DNA of 64,000 nt from Chiloscyllium plagiosum (lineage: Eukaryota), in the NCBI RefSeq assembly GCF_004010195.1, contig NC_057719.1, positions 32,966,563-33,030,562 on the forward strand, given 5' to 3'. The first letter of the stretch is position 1, and each line of letters starts with the position of its first letter. The notes below the pieces were generated by a model that saw nothing but the letters and a program-made list of their open reading frames with translations, was not told where the DNA came from and did no database searches. Below are positions 14,101-26,485 of the stretch, piece after piece. The position numbers were made by a program, and so were the translations under genes.

Positions 14101-15489
14101 CATTATTAAATTACACGGGAGTGATACATCCCTCAGCCAGCATTATTAAATTACACTTGAGGGATACATCCCTCAACTAGCGTTATTAAATTACACGGGA
14201 GTGATATATCCCTCAGCCAGCATTATTAAATTACTCTGGAGTGATACATCCTGCAGCCAGAATTATTAACTTGCACTGGAGTGACACATTGCTCACCCAG
14301 ATTTATTAAATTTCATGGAGTGATACATCCCTCAGCCAGCATTATTAAATTACACTTGAGGGATACATCCCTCAACTAGCGTTATTAAATTACATGGGAG
14401 TGATATATCCCTCAGCCAGCATTATTAAATTACACTTGAGGGATACATCCCTCAACTAGCGTTATTAAATTACACGGGAGTGATATATCCCTCAGCCAGC
14501 ATTATTAAATTACACTGGAGTGATATATCTCTCAGTCTGCATTTTTAAATTGCACAGGAGTGACACATTCCTCAGCCAGTTTATTAAATTATATTGGAGT
14601 GAAGCATCCTTCAGCCAGCATTACTAAATTACACTGGAATGATACATTCCTCACGTGGCATTATTAAATTACACTGGAGGGATACATCCCTCAGCCAGCA
14701 TTATTAAATGACACAGGAGTGATACATCCCTCATGTAGCATTAAATTACACTGGAGGGATACATCCCTCAGTCAATAGGATTAAATTACATTGGACTGAC
14801 ACATCCCTCAGCCAGCATTTTTAAATTACACTGGAGTGATACATCCCTCAGCTAGCATCATTAAATGACACTGGAGGGATTCATCCCCCAGCCAATGTTA
14901 TTAAATTACTGAGAAGAGATACATCTCTGAGACAGTGTTATTAAATTACACTGGAGTGATACAACACTCAGCCAGCATTATTAATGTACACTGCAGTAAT
15001 AAATCACTCAGCCAGCAGTATTAAACTACACTGGAGTGACCCATCCCTCAGCCAGCATTATTAAACTACACTGACTTGATTCACCACTCAGCCTGCATTA
15101 CTAAATTACACTGGAGTGATACATCCCTCAGCCAGCAGTATTAAATAACACTGGAATGATATATCTCTCAACCAGCAGTACTAAATTACACTGGAGTGAT
15201 ATATCCCTCAGCCAGCATTATTAAATTCCACTGGAGTGACACATCTCCCAGCCAGCATTATTAAATTTCAGTTGAGTGATGCATCCCCCAGTCAGCATTA
15301 TTAATTAACACTTGAGTAATATATCGCTCAGCCAGCAGAATGAATCTACACTGGAGCGACACATCCCTCAAATAGCATTATCACATTATACTGGAGTGAT
15401 ATATCTCTCAGCAAACATTATTAATTTACACTGGAATGAACATCCCTCAGCCAGTATTATTAATTTACACTGGAGTGATACATCCCTCA

Positions 15490-15553
15490 AGATTAGAGAG
15501 GTACTGTAAATGCACAGCAGGTCACGCAGAATTGGAGGAGCAGTAAAATCGAC
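15490..15553 (-). mobile_element. Penelope-like terminal-repeat fragment in satellite, copy 5 (shorter, more diverged)
   Basis: Same start and flanks; the segment between two GAC triplets is missing. Confidence 0.75.
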
Positions 15554-15945
15554 ACACCCCTCAGCCAGTATTAAAAAATGACACTGGAGTGATAAATTCC
15601 TCAGCCAGAATTACTAACTTACACTGGCTTGATACATTCCTCAGCTGGCATTATTAAATTACACTGAAGTGATGCATCCCTCAGCCAGTATTATTAAATT
15701 ACACTGGAGTGATACATCCCTCAGCCAGTATTATTAAATTACACTGGAGTGACACATTTCTCAGCCAGAATTATTAAATTACACTGGAGTGATACATCCT
15801 TCAGCCAGCATTATTAAATTACACTGGAGGGATACATCGCTCAGACAATATTACTAAATTACACAGGAGGGATACATCCCTGAGACAGCGTTATTAAATT
15901 AAACTGGAGAGAAACATCCCTCAGTCACCATTATTAAACTACACT

Positions 15946-16011
15946 GTTGCAATAATGCGGAGTGGACTCGATGGGCCGAAAGGCCTTACTTCCGCTCCTA
16001 TGTCTTATGGT
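15946..16011 (+). mobile_element. Paralogous copy of the 66-bp CR1 tail insertion
   Basis: Same sequence and CTACACT TSD (15939-15945, 16012-16018) as 3711-3776. Confidence 0.88.
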
Positions 16012-16929
16012 CTACACTGGAGTGAAACATCCCCTGGCCAGCATTATTAATTTGCACTGGAGTGATACGTTCCTCAGGCAGCATTTATAAATTACGCTAC
16101 ACTGACACATCTCTCAGCCAGCATTATTAAATTACACTGGAGTGATACATCCTTCAGCCAGCATTATTAAATTACACTGGAGTGATACATCCCTCAGACA
16201 GTATTATTAAATTATACTGGAGTGATACATCCCTCAGACAGCATTATTACACTGGAGTGATACATCCCTCAGCTAGTTTTTCAACATGAAAACATTTTTA
16301 AATAATGCATTCCTCTTGTTTGCAGATACAGTGTGAAGTTCATGTAACATTGTAAAGGAAGCACTGGAGCTTTACACGAAAAACTTGTCAATAAAACAAA
16401 GCCCGTACAATCAACATCTCCCTCTCATTTTTAAACTGTTGCGTGTATTTTAAGGAATGGTGCACGCTTCCTCTGGGAGTTTGTAGCTTTTCTTTCGATA
16501 AACAGCTTGCTCTGCTGGGAGCTGCAGGGACCATGATGGATAGATTATGCCTTTACTCAGCTTTGCAAAATCTTATACTAGTCCATCCCTGAGGGAATGC
16601 ACTCATGTACGGATTCTTTACATCAGATTTTGATCAGATTTGAGCTAAATGCATATCACGTTAACATTTAGCACGGGCTAAAATCAGAGTTGCTAAACAG
16701 TTCATCCCTGCAGTTCAATGACAAAATGAAAACTCCATTATCATCAAGTCTCTTGTTGATTCAGAAATAGAACCAGGATAGTAACCAAAAGAAACTCCAT
16801 CAGCTTGTGTCAAATCTGATATTTGGCTCTGATTTAAGTGTTTCAGCCAAGTTAGCATTGAAGCTTAGTGTAATTTGTTTTTGTATGTTTCACCATGTTC
16901 ATTTTAAAACCTATTTTTACATACTTTTT

Positions 16930-18530
16930 TATTTTTATTTGAATGTGTGAGATGGGCATCGCTGGATGGCCAGCGTTTATTGCCCATTCCTAGTTGCCCT
17001 TGAGGGTACGGTGGTGAGCTGCACTCTTGAACTGCTGCAGTCCACCTGCTGCAGGTTGACCCACAATGCTATTAGGGAAGGAATCCCAGGATTCTGACCC
17101 AGTGACAGTGAAGGAATGTCAATATAGTTCCAAGTCAGGATGATGAGTGGCTTGGAGGAAAATTTAAAGTGGTTGTGTTCCCACAGTTCTGCTCCCCTTA
17201 TCCTTCCAAATGGAAGTGGTAATGGCTATGGAGGATGCTGTCTGAGGATCTTTGGTGAATTTCTACAGTGCATCTTGTAAATAGTACAGACTGCAGCTAC
17301 TGAGCATCAATGGTGGAGAGAGTGGGTACTCCTGGATGTGGTGCAATCAAGCGGGCTGCTTTGTCCTGGATGGTGTCAAGCTTCTTGAGTCAAGCTGCAC
17401 TCATTCAGGAAAGTGAGGATTATCCCATCACACCCCTGACTTGTGTCTTGTCAATGATAGACAGACTTTAGGGAGGCAGGAGGTGAGTTACTCGCCACAG
17501 CATTTCTAACCTGAGTCCTGTCTTTGTAGCCACTGCATTTATGTGGTGAATCCAGTTGAGTTTCTGGTCAACGATAGTCAGGATTTTGGTGATGGTAAGG
17601 CCATTGAATATCAAGGGGCAGTGGTTGGTTTGTATATTATTGGTGATGGTCATAGCCTGGCATCTGTGTGGCACAATTGTTACTTACCAGTTGTCAGTCC
17701 ATGCCTGGATATTGTCCAGATCTTGTTGAATTTGAACATGGACTGCTTCATTGTCTGTGGAGTCACGAATGGTGCTTAACATTTTGCAATTATTGGTGGA
17801 AATCCTCGCTTCTGACCTTATGATGGCAGGGTGGGGGGTGGAAGGTCATTGATGAAACAGCTGATGATGTTTGGGCCAAGGACACTACCCTGAGGAACTC
17901 CTGCAGAGATGTCCTGGAGCTGAGGTGACTGATCTCCAACAATCACTACCGTCTTCCAATGTTCCAATGGAGAATCTGTCCCCGATACACATTGATTCAA
18001 ATTTTGCTGGGGCTCATTGATACCACAATCAGTTGACTGGGACCTTAATATCAAGGACTGTCAATCTCTCTTCATCTTTGGAATTCAGCTCTTTCATCTA
18101 GATTTGAAACAGGGCTGTAGTGATGTCAGGAGCTGAGTAGCCCTGGTGGATCCCAAACTGGACGTAACTGAGCAGGTTATTGCTGAGCAGGTGCTGCTCA
18201 ATAGCACTGTTGATGACACCTTCCATCACTTTACTGATGAGCTGGAATAGACTAAAGGGATGGTAATTGCCCGAGTTGGATTTGTCCTGCTTTTAATGTA
18301 GAGGACACACCTGGGCAATTTTCTATATTGTTGTGTAAATGGCAATGTTTTAACTCTACTGGAACAGCTTGGCTAGGGGAACGGCAAGGTCTGGAGCACA
18401 AGTCTTCAGTACTATTGTTGGAATGTTGTTAGGGCCCATAGCCTCTGCGGCCCTCCATTGCCTCCAGCTGTTTCTTAATATCACAGAGTGAATTAAATTG
18501 GCTGAAGTCTGGTATTTGCAATGCTGGGGA
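16930..18530 (-). mobile_element. Decayed non-LTR retrotransposon of the CR1/L2 group (RT region and 3' end)
   Basis: Minus ORFs contain ISAGVPQGSVLGP..FINDLP and KCQAMTI..DQKLNW..HIN.VA. The 3' end (gcagttcaag..gctcaccacc..ctcaagggcaactagg..aataaa) points leftwards. Confidence 0.85.
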
Positions 18531-19039
18531 GACTTTATTTTATTCCAGTCTATTACTATGCATGCTTGCCTTTCATTTTGAAATTCAGAAAGATTTTCCC
18601 CAAATACATTTTATCTCCACTGATGCCAATAGCCTGATTGTCCATCTTTCTATCCATTTATAATGATCTTCCCATTAGAAATTACAGTAAATGAACTGGA
18701 TGCATTGTTAATGATGTTGCTAAACTCACTGTCACATAATAAGAGATGACCAAGGGTCATGAATACTGCATGCATTTCAATTGCATACTGCTAACCAATT
18801 TAGTTTGCAAAGGAATTAAAACTAATGGGTAAAAATTATTTTTAATGTTCATTAGGTATGAATTCTATTTATAGTTAATGTTAGCTTGTTATCATATAAT
18901 TTGGAACAAGAATTTTTCATATACCTTATTCAAAAATCTAGAAACTCATTAATTTTTGAATCTAATACAATACATTATTTCACTTTAGAGTTCATTTGAC
19001 GTATTCTAGAAATTCATTTTTCTCTATTTCCTTAAACGA

Positions 19040-19580
19040 TAATAGGAGTAAAGAAATCTTTCTGCAGTTATTCATGTCCTTGGTGAGGCCACAACCTGAG
19101 TATTGTATGCAGTTTTGGTCTTCTAGTCTGAGGAAGGACATCCTTACTATCGAGAGAATCCAGCGAAGGTTCACCAGACTGATTCTCAGGATGACAGGAC
19201 TGACATCTGAGTAATGATTGGATCAACTGGGCACATACTTGCTGGAATTTAGAAGAATGAGGGGGAATCTCATAGGAACATATAAAATCCTGATGAGACT
19301 GGAGAGCTAGATTCGGGAAGCATGTTCCCAATGTTAGGGAAGTCCAGAACTAGGGATTACAGTCTAAGAATAAGGGGACTGCGATGAGGAAGGATTTATT
19401 TACTCAGAGAATTGAGAACCTGTGGAACTCTCGCCCACAGGAAGCTATTGGGACCAGTTCATTAGATATATTCAAGAGGAAGCTGGACATGGGGAGAGTG
19501 CGGGAATGGCATACTGAAACTGTATGATCAGCCATGATCATATGAATGGTGGTGCATTCTTATTTCCTATGTTTCTATAT
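19040..19580 (+). mobile_element. CR1 LINE 3' fragment
   Basis: LVRPxxEYCxQFWS..RKDI..ERIQRRFTRLI motif; ends in a ttcctatgtttctat tail. Confidence 0.88.
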
Positions 19581-21449
19581 CAATAATCTTATGAAATTGT
19601 GGATTATTTTAATTTTATTGTCAATAGCACATGAAGTATTAAATATTTTTTTCTTTTGTAATTACATCCTAAACTTGAATAGCATCATCAAAGAACACAA
19701 GTGATCTCCATTGTTATGCAATTTACTTAAATAAATTTATCATCACTGGATAAATTAATGAATTTCACTTTGTAAGGTCAAGTACTGACAATGGATATTT
19801 GGCTGTTGGGCATGCAACCCGTGATTTGTTTTCCCCCCATCGCCTATGAATAAGCTTTATTACATGATATCTGGCCTCAGATTAATTTGTTGTCCAGCAT
19901 GTGACCAGGTGTGACTCCCAGGTTTTACTGTTCATTAAATATTGCGATAAGGTACCAAACAAACATTCCAGTGGAACTACCATTTGAAAACTCTTAACTC
20001 AAGTCCAGAAATGTCTCTTCTCCAGCAAAAACAAATAAATTATTTACTGAAGAAAAATGCTATCTAAAAAACACTTTGACCGTTTCGGTTGGTTCATCAA
20101 CATTAATCATTTTTACATACAGTCTTTCCATTACAAAATGCTTCCTTATGAAGGCAGGAGTCTATATTTTGAGGTAATTGTTTTCTAGGAAGAGGAGTGT
20201 CATGATACAGGGATTGAATTTTCCTTGTGCTGATTAATTTAGTTAACCAGGAGTCTGGTTAAGGGGAATGGCCTATTCTTTATTTATAAAGCAAATGGAG
20301 AGGAAACACATGGCTGAAGAAATAAGCAGAGTGATTGAATGAGCTACAAGTATGAAGTGGCTTGACAGGTTGGTCTTGAAAACAACTAATGTATGGAACC
20401 AATAGCCCTGGAATGAACTAAGAAGACCAATTTCCCATCAGGTCCTATTGAATTTAGCAGCAGGGCTTCACTGGAACTTTCTGCCTCTATTTCCCAACCA
20501 CAGCCAAGCAAAGTGAGGGACCAACTGGCTATCAAACAAACAAGCCTGGTGCTTTGGGCCACAGCTGAGGAGTAGAAGGCAGGGAGGGAGAGATCAAGCA
20601 CTGGGGAAGACATCAGTGGCGTATCCAGTTAGATCAGTGACTGGGACAATGATGATGGAGAAGATTACATGATGATGTTGGGAAGGAAAACGTGTGGTGG
20701 TTGAGATGGAGAGGAGCAAGTGTTAAGGAGTCTAGTCATTCAGGAGGTTAAGAAGTGAGCGTGTTAGAAGGCTTTTTATAGGTTGTGCTGCAGAGGCACT
20801 TTGTTGTTCCAAACAGCTTTCCTCACCACCTCAAGGAAAAACCTTAAAATGGAAGTAGGAAGAATAAACGCAGGCACATAGCTTCATTTTAATATTTAAA
20901 TGAGATATGTGCCTGAGAGATGGTTGATCTCTCATGCTTGTATTCCTCCTCTGTTAAAAGCAGAAGTGCATTGGTTCAAGGTATGTAGTGTCTGGCTTCG
21001 ATACTGTTTCCCTTCTTATCTTCCTGCCAAACGCAAATCCACAAATTGCCAATAATATTTCCGTGAGCAAGTGAACAACCTGGTGATCACACTCAAAGTG
21101 AAAAGCAATTAGTACTAATTCATTTAAATTAAAATGAGATTTTATTCAATTCAGTAAATTCTTTTGAAATGTGGTCCATGGGTGATTTGAGATCTGGTAT
21201 TTGGGAACTGGCTTGGGAGGAACAGGTAACCTTGGCTTTTTGTGCCCTAAAGCACTCAATCACTGGTGTTTACATCATGTCATGTACAGCAGGTGAAGTG
21301 ATGGTGAGTGTTTGCTGGAATTAGTGAACAATTCCAGAGACATTGCTTCATGAAACAGCCAGGTTTTAAAGTCAAACAAAATGGCTCTCAGCCTTTCTTC
21401 AGTTAGTAATTCTTACGTAAATGCTCTCACCAGGTGGGAGCTTTCTGTC

Positions 21450-21597
21450 AAGATTAGAGTGGTGCTGGAAAAGCACAGCAAGTCAGGCAGCATCCGAGGA
21501 GATGGAAAGTCGACGTTTCGGGCAAAAGCCCTTCATCAGGAATCTTGACTCTAATCTTGACTCTAATCTCCAGCATCTGCAGTACCCACTTCCGCCT
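21450..21597. mobile_element. Short Penelope-like fold-back insertion with 18-bp TSD
   Basis: Antisense terminal repeat, then the sense 3' end (ctccagcatctgcagt..); AGGTGGGAG(C/T)TTTCTGTC at 21432-21449 and 21598-21615. Confidence 0.85.
21510..21541 (-). ncRNA. Minimal type I hammerhead ribozyme-like core (PLE-associated)
   Basis: Minus strand reads tcCTGATGAaGGGCttttGCCCGAAAcgTCga: CUGAUGA, 4-bp stem II, GAAA, palindromic ACGU, GUC triplet. Confidence 0.7.
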
Positions 21598-22730
21598 AGG
21601 TGGGAGTTTTCTGTCCATTCCATGAAAGTACATGTCAAGAACAAAACAGGTGGAAACCCAGTGTTCCAGATTTTGCTCCTGTTTTTATTTATCTTATTGT
21701 CGCTAAACCTGATACATAACGGACATTGGGAGGAGAAACACTGACTACATCAAACAGATCACCACTTTGTCACAATTGTGCCTCCAATCACTTGACAATT
21801 GATTATGCCGAAGCTGTTATTGAGAAGGAGGAATGAAAAACACAACCAGTCAGTTATTTTTGGAATCATGTCCTTTCATGTTCAGTGCAGTTGACTTTGC
21901 TGGAAAATATGTGCAGAATAATGCAGAGAAATGAGTTAACTAGTGAGATGATCGCATTCATACAATTTTGTTTCACGGGTTTTGAAACTGATGTATTAAT
22001 GCCTTTACAGTAGGTGAGGAATATTTTATGTTTGATCAGTGCTGCAATGCAGAAATACAATGTGTGTATCATACTGGGGGAAAACAGAGATGCTGCTTTA
22101 ATGTCACAATAGTAAACTCAATGACTTATCACAAAAGACAACCCCTGTCATCCTCCAGTGATTTTTTTTTAAAAATAACAGACGTACATGCAGTGATTCA
22201 TCAATAAGTATCAGCTTCCCACTTAATTTTGCACCCACTCAGGAGCACTTTCATAGCACTGATGTAATAATATATATGCTGCTTCAAGACTGTAGGGAAT
22301 TCTTTTGCTACAATAGTTCCTGCATGGAGCAGTCAGATTGCTGTCATAAATCCCATCAAGCAAAGTGAGTGGATCTGTATTCTCTTTTAGAGACGCAAAA
22401 TGCCATTAGCCTCAACTACACATTATTTTTCTCTCGTAAAAATAGGACAAACATGCATTATAAATTGGCATTTTTTTGACTCATTATTGTAGTCAAGGGA
22501 TCACTTGAGGTTTAGCAGCACCTAATAAAACTAGGTCAGTGTTGGCTGAGAAAAAGCAAATTTTTCTGTCTATGATGTATCATCTTTCTGTGATGGACTC
22601 AGATGAATAGCTCAATTGGAAAAAAAGACAATCTCCAATGTACTGTTCAAAACTTGAACATGACCAAATAAATTGAAATATGAACTTCTTAAACTTGGAT
22701 AAAGCTGCCAATTATGTATGTGTTCAAACA

Positions 22731-23230
22731 NNNNNNNNNNNNNNNNNNNNNNNNNNNNNNNNNNNNNNNNNNNNNNNNNNNNNNNNNNNNNNNNNNNNNN
22801 NNNNNNNNNNNNNNNNNNNNNNNNNNNNNNNNNNNNNNNNNNNNNNNNNNNNNNNNNNNNNNNNNNNNNNNNNNNNNNNNNNNNNNNNNNNNNNNNNNNN
22901 NNNNNNNNNNNNNNNNNNNNNNNNNNNNNNNNNNNNNNNNNNNNNNNNNNNNNNNNNNNNNNNNNNNNNNNNNNNNNNNNNNNNNNNNNNNNNNNNNNNN
23001 NNNNNNNNNNNNNNNNNNNNNNNNNNNNNNNNNNNNNNNNNNNNNNNNNNNNNNNNNNNNNNNNNNNNNNNNNNNNNNNNNNNNNNNNNNNNNNNNNNNN
23101 NNNNNNNNNNNNNNNNNNNNNNNNNNNNNNNNNNNNNNNNNNNNNNNNNNNNNNNNNNNNNNNNNNNNNNNNNNNNNNNNNNNNNNNNNNNNNNNNNNNN
23201 NNNNNNNNNNNNNNNNNNNNNNNNNNNNNN
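22731..23230. other. Assembly gap (500 N)
   Basis: Run of N of round length, typical scaffold spacer. Confidence 1.
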
Positions 23231-24949
23231 CAACAGAGGAGAAGCTGGAGAAAACAGTCTCTGTTCAATTTTATACTCACTATACAGAAGCAGAGGTAAA
23301 GAGAAGATGTATAGCAGGAGGCAATTCAAGGCATAATTCAAGAGGGTGAAGTAGAAATTTGGCAGTTAAGTGGAAAGATACCATCTTTTACAAGTGTGAT
23401 GGAGATTTTAGAAGAATGCATTGTGTAACTGCTCCCAAGGAAAGCATTCATGAACCTGAGAAGAAACTTGTTAGAGGAAGATGTATATTCATACAAGATG
23501 GAGAAAACTGCAGACTAATTGGAAAAAGAACAAGAAATGATATCTCATGACTAACGCTGCCCGATGAGAAAAGTAATGGTAAATGGTTCAGATGACTGAC
23601 ATTAATAGGACTTATCACTTTGATCTTCCTTGATGATTATTGGCATAAAAGAAGTTTCTTTTCTGGGCTTAGTAACAATATAATAAAGGAGTTTTGATTT
23701 GTTCTGGATTCTTTCCCCTTTTAAATCCAAAAATCAATAACAAATGGAGAGTGATGGCTGAATCTGATCAATATTGTCTGTAACAAGTGCAGCTTTTTAT
23801 TTCGCGCCCATCCACCAATTTGATGAGAAAATAATGGTATGAGACACAGCGAAAACAAAAATGCATCAGGAAATGCCAATTATACTGTAGCAAAAAGACT
23901 GCAAAATACTATTAGAACCCAGAGAATAAAAGAAAACCTATTCACCAGCCAACCAGATATGAATAGATAAAAAAAGAACAAGTGAAATCAAATACAATGC
24001 ATTGATTATAAAAAGGATTAGTTGCAGGTCAAAGTTAATGGATTCATGGGAACAGTTCATGGGAGCAATTACACTAATGACCACTTTTTCAGACTTAATT
24101 ATAGCTGTGAGGAAGCAAGTTGGTACTTATATGATGGTGCCAATAAATATCAATTCATTGCTGTAACCTGGAGAAGGAAACCTCAAGATGTTTGTATTGG
24201 GGCCAGCTTGGCAGGGTTCTGTTCCAGGACAAGTTATAACAATAAAAAATGGCAATATAATGACTGCATATTGTCCAGATTATAGGTCAAAACTGTTTAG
24301 GAGTTTTCAAGTTCTCTGTTAAATTAATTAGGCAATTAGATAGCGTAAGAGCCCTGACTGGATTTGCACAATTCTTTTCTTTTCTGGCAGAGTTATATAC
24401 ATTTAATTTATACAGCTGAAATAAAGTTAATTACCTTCTGGGCAACTTGACTTGATAATTAATTAACAAACCACTACAAAGGGAAAGCAATGCTATATTA
24501 TCCCACAGAACAAATCAATTGTGTACCTTATCCTGTAGATGGTGTGCCAGTCTACCCAACCTGCCAGTATTGAAGGATATTTCATGCATACTGCCCTTGA
24601 GGGGAACATATACACTCTGACAAATGGCTACTGGAATCCCACTATCATACATTCAATTGTAAATGCAAGTGAGCAGGTACACTATCACTCGATTCCTAGG
24701 AAAATCAGATACCACTCACAAAAAAGAACAAACCTGCATACTCCAGCACTACCACATGTATTTGTATAGCATCTGTATTTAAAGTCACTTCAAAGAATTG
24801 TATGGAAAAATAAAATGATGCCAAGCCAAATAGAAATATTTTCAGGAATATCTACAAGTTGATGAAAGATGTTCATCATGGTTTTAAAGGAGTGGCTGAT
24901 GGACTAAAGTTGACATATTGTTTCAGAACATGAGGCCATTTAGTTGAAG

Positions 24950-25262
24950 ATTAGATTAGATTATTTACAGTGTGGAAACAGGCCCTTCGGCCCAACAAGT
25001 CCACACCACCCCGCCAAAGCGCAACCCACCCATTCCCCTACATTTACCCCTTACCTAACACTATGGGCAATTTAGCATGGCCAATTCACCTGACCTGCAC
25101 ATCTTTGGACTGTGGGAGGAAACCGGAGCACCCGGAGGAAACCCACACAGACACGGGGAGAATGTGCAAACTCCATACAGTCAGTCGCCTGAGGCGGGAA
25201 TTGAACCCGGGTCTCTAGCGCTATGAGGCAGCAGTGCTAGCCACTGTGCCACCGTGCCACCC
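24950..25262 (-). mobile_element. HE1-like tRNA-derived V-SINE
   Basis: Minus strand: GGCACGGTGGCACAGTGG (A box), GGTTCAATTCC (B box), V-domain TGTGTGGGTTTCCTCCGGGTGCTCCGGTTTCCTCCCAC, CR1-like 3' end with (AATCT)n tail. Confidence 0.92.
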
Positions 25263-25269
25263 ACAAATG

Positions 25270-26040
25270 GCTACTGTAGTTGCTAACACTGGTGTGAAGG
25301 CAAGAAGCCCTATAAAAAGAAACAAGCCCAGGGGAATATAGAGTCATCGAGGCTGAGATGCTGGTGGAGTCGGAATGTAGTAAGAAATTGGAGATAGGAA
25401 GGATACACAACCTTGATATGATTTAAAGAGAAAGATGAAGTGCCAGTTTGTGCAGAGCTTCCTGTGAAATAAGATATAGAAATCAGAGCTTTTAATTAGT
25501 TGAAAGAAATGGATGATGGAGGATTGGAGGCTGTCCAGGAGGACATTGAAATGATTGAGTCTGACACAGCCATGGCTGAAGATTGCAACAACAACCTTGG
25601 TAGGAAGAGTGTATGGACAGTTATCGCTGGAGGCAGATAGTCATGGAAACAGAAGCTGAACCCAGAGCTAAACAAAGCATTGAATTTGCAAGTGTTAAGT
25701 TTGCTGCAAGGAACTGAGTCTTTGGGAAGGGGCTGAGCTTGAGTTTGGGGAAGAAGATGATGGCTTTAATCTTCACAGCACAGCTTCATCACAGTTTGAT
25801 GCCAGGCAAGCAGTCTAATATTACAGACACAATAGAGGTGTCGAGAAAGTTAATATTAAGGTCACATTAGGCGTGGAAGTTGACCACTTGAGTGTTGATA
25901 ATGGCATAATGGCATAAGTTAAACAAGGAAGAGAAAATAACCAAGGATCAATCTACCTGTGGCCTGTAAGCTCACGGTGGAGAAGCTAATGCTAGAGAGA
26001 TTCTGCCTGCAATTGGATAGATAAGAGTGGGACTGTGTGA
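25270..26040 (-). mobile_element. Old L2-like LINE remnant
   Basis: Purine-rich decayed sequence colinear with segments of 46500-47300; no intact ORF. Confidence 0.45.
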
Positions 26041-26049
26041 GGTTCTTAT

Positions 26050-26225
26050 TTAAAGGCTGAATGGCCAGTTCTGCTCCTGTATCTTATGGGCTTATTAGTA
26101 AGGTGTGCAAGGATTATGGAGAGAAGGCAGGAGAATGGGGTTGAGGAACATATCAGCCATGATTGAATGGCATAACAGACTCGATGGGCTGAATGGCCTA
26201 ATTCTAATCCTATATCTACTAGTCT
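26050..26225 (+). mobile_element. Two tandem CR1 3'-UTR tails
   Basis: gggctgaatggcc..ctcctgtatcttatgg, followed by aaggattatggagagaaggcagg..cagccatgattgaatgg..gggctgaatggcc. Confidence 0.75.
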
Positions 26226-26319
26226 CCACACAACTCCAGTTCAATGATGTGGGAGGGGTGAAAATGTAATTTAAGGGAAACAAACTTGGATTTCTGTGGA
26301 AGATTGGAAAGGAAAGATG

Positions 26320-26485
26320 AATGGGAACACCACTATCTGCAAGTTCCCCTTTAAGCCACTCACCATCCTGACTTGGAAATCCATTGCCATTTCATCAGAG
26401 TCATTGGGTCAAAATCCTGGAATTACCTTGCTAACAACATTATGAATCCACCTACAGTACATGAACTGCCGTGGTTCAAGATGGC
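26320..26485 (+). mobile_element. 3' fragment of the 16930-18530 LINE family
   Basis: gggaacaccac..ccactcaccatcctgacttggaa..gggtcaaaatcctggaat is the reverse complement of ~17040-17180. Confidence 0.75.

Larger units (their letters stand above)
1058..16275 (+). repeat. ~40-bp tandem satellite array, several hundred diverged monomers with higher-order duplications
   Basis: Continuous 40-bp periodicity of ATTACACTGGAGTGATACATCCCTCAGCCAGCATTATTAA, e.g. near-consensus units at 1898-1977, 12795-12900 and 15700-15830. Confidence 0.98.

Noticed and set aside
4107-15509. Repeated short ORFs in the satellite (MIYPSASIIKLHWSD..)
   Set aside because: By-products of a 40-bp unit; frames close frequently on TAA/TGA and show no domain signal.
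1058-16275. CRISPR-like array
   Set aside because: Monomers are contiguous with no unique spacers, there are no cas genes, and the context is vertebrate retroelements.
22612-23349. Five ~200-aa ORFs
   Set aside because: Artefacts of translating the 500-N gap.
24950-25262. tRNA genes suggested by A/B boxes (also 48917, 49640, 60638)
   Set aside because: The boxes are SINE heads followed by V-domain and LINE-like tails; no complete cloverleaf.
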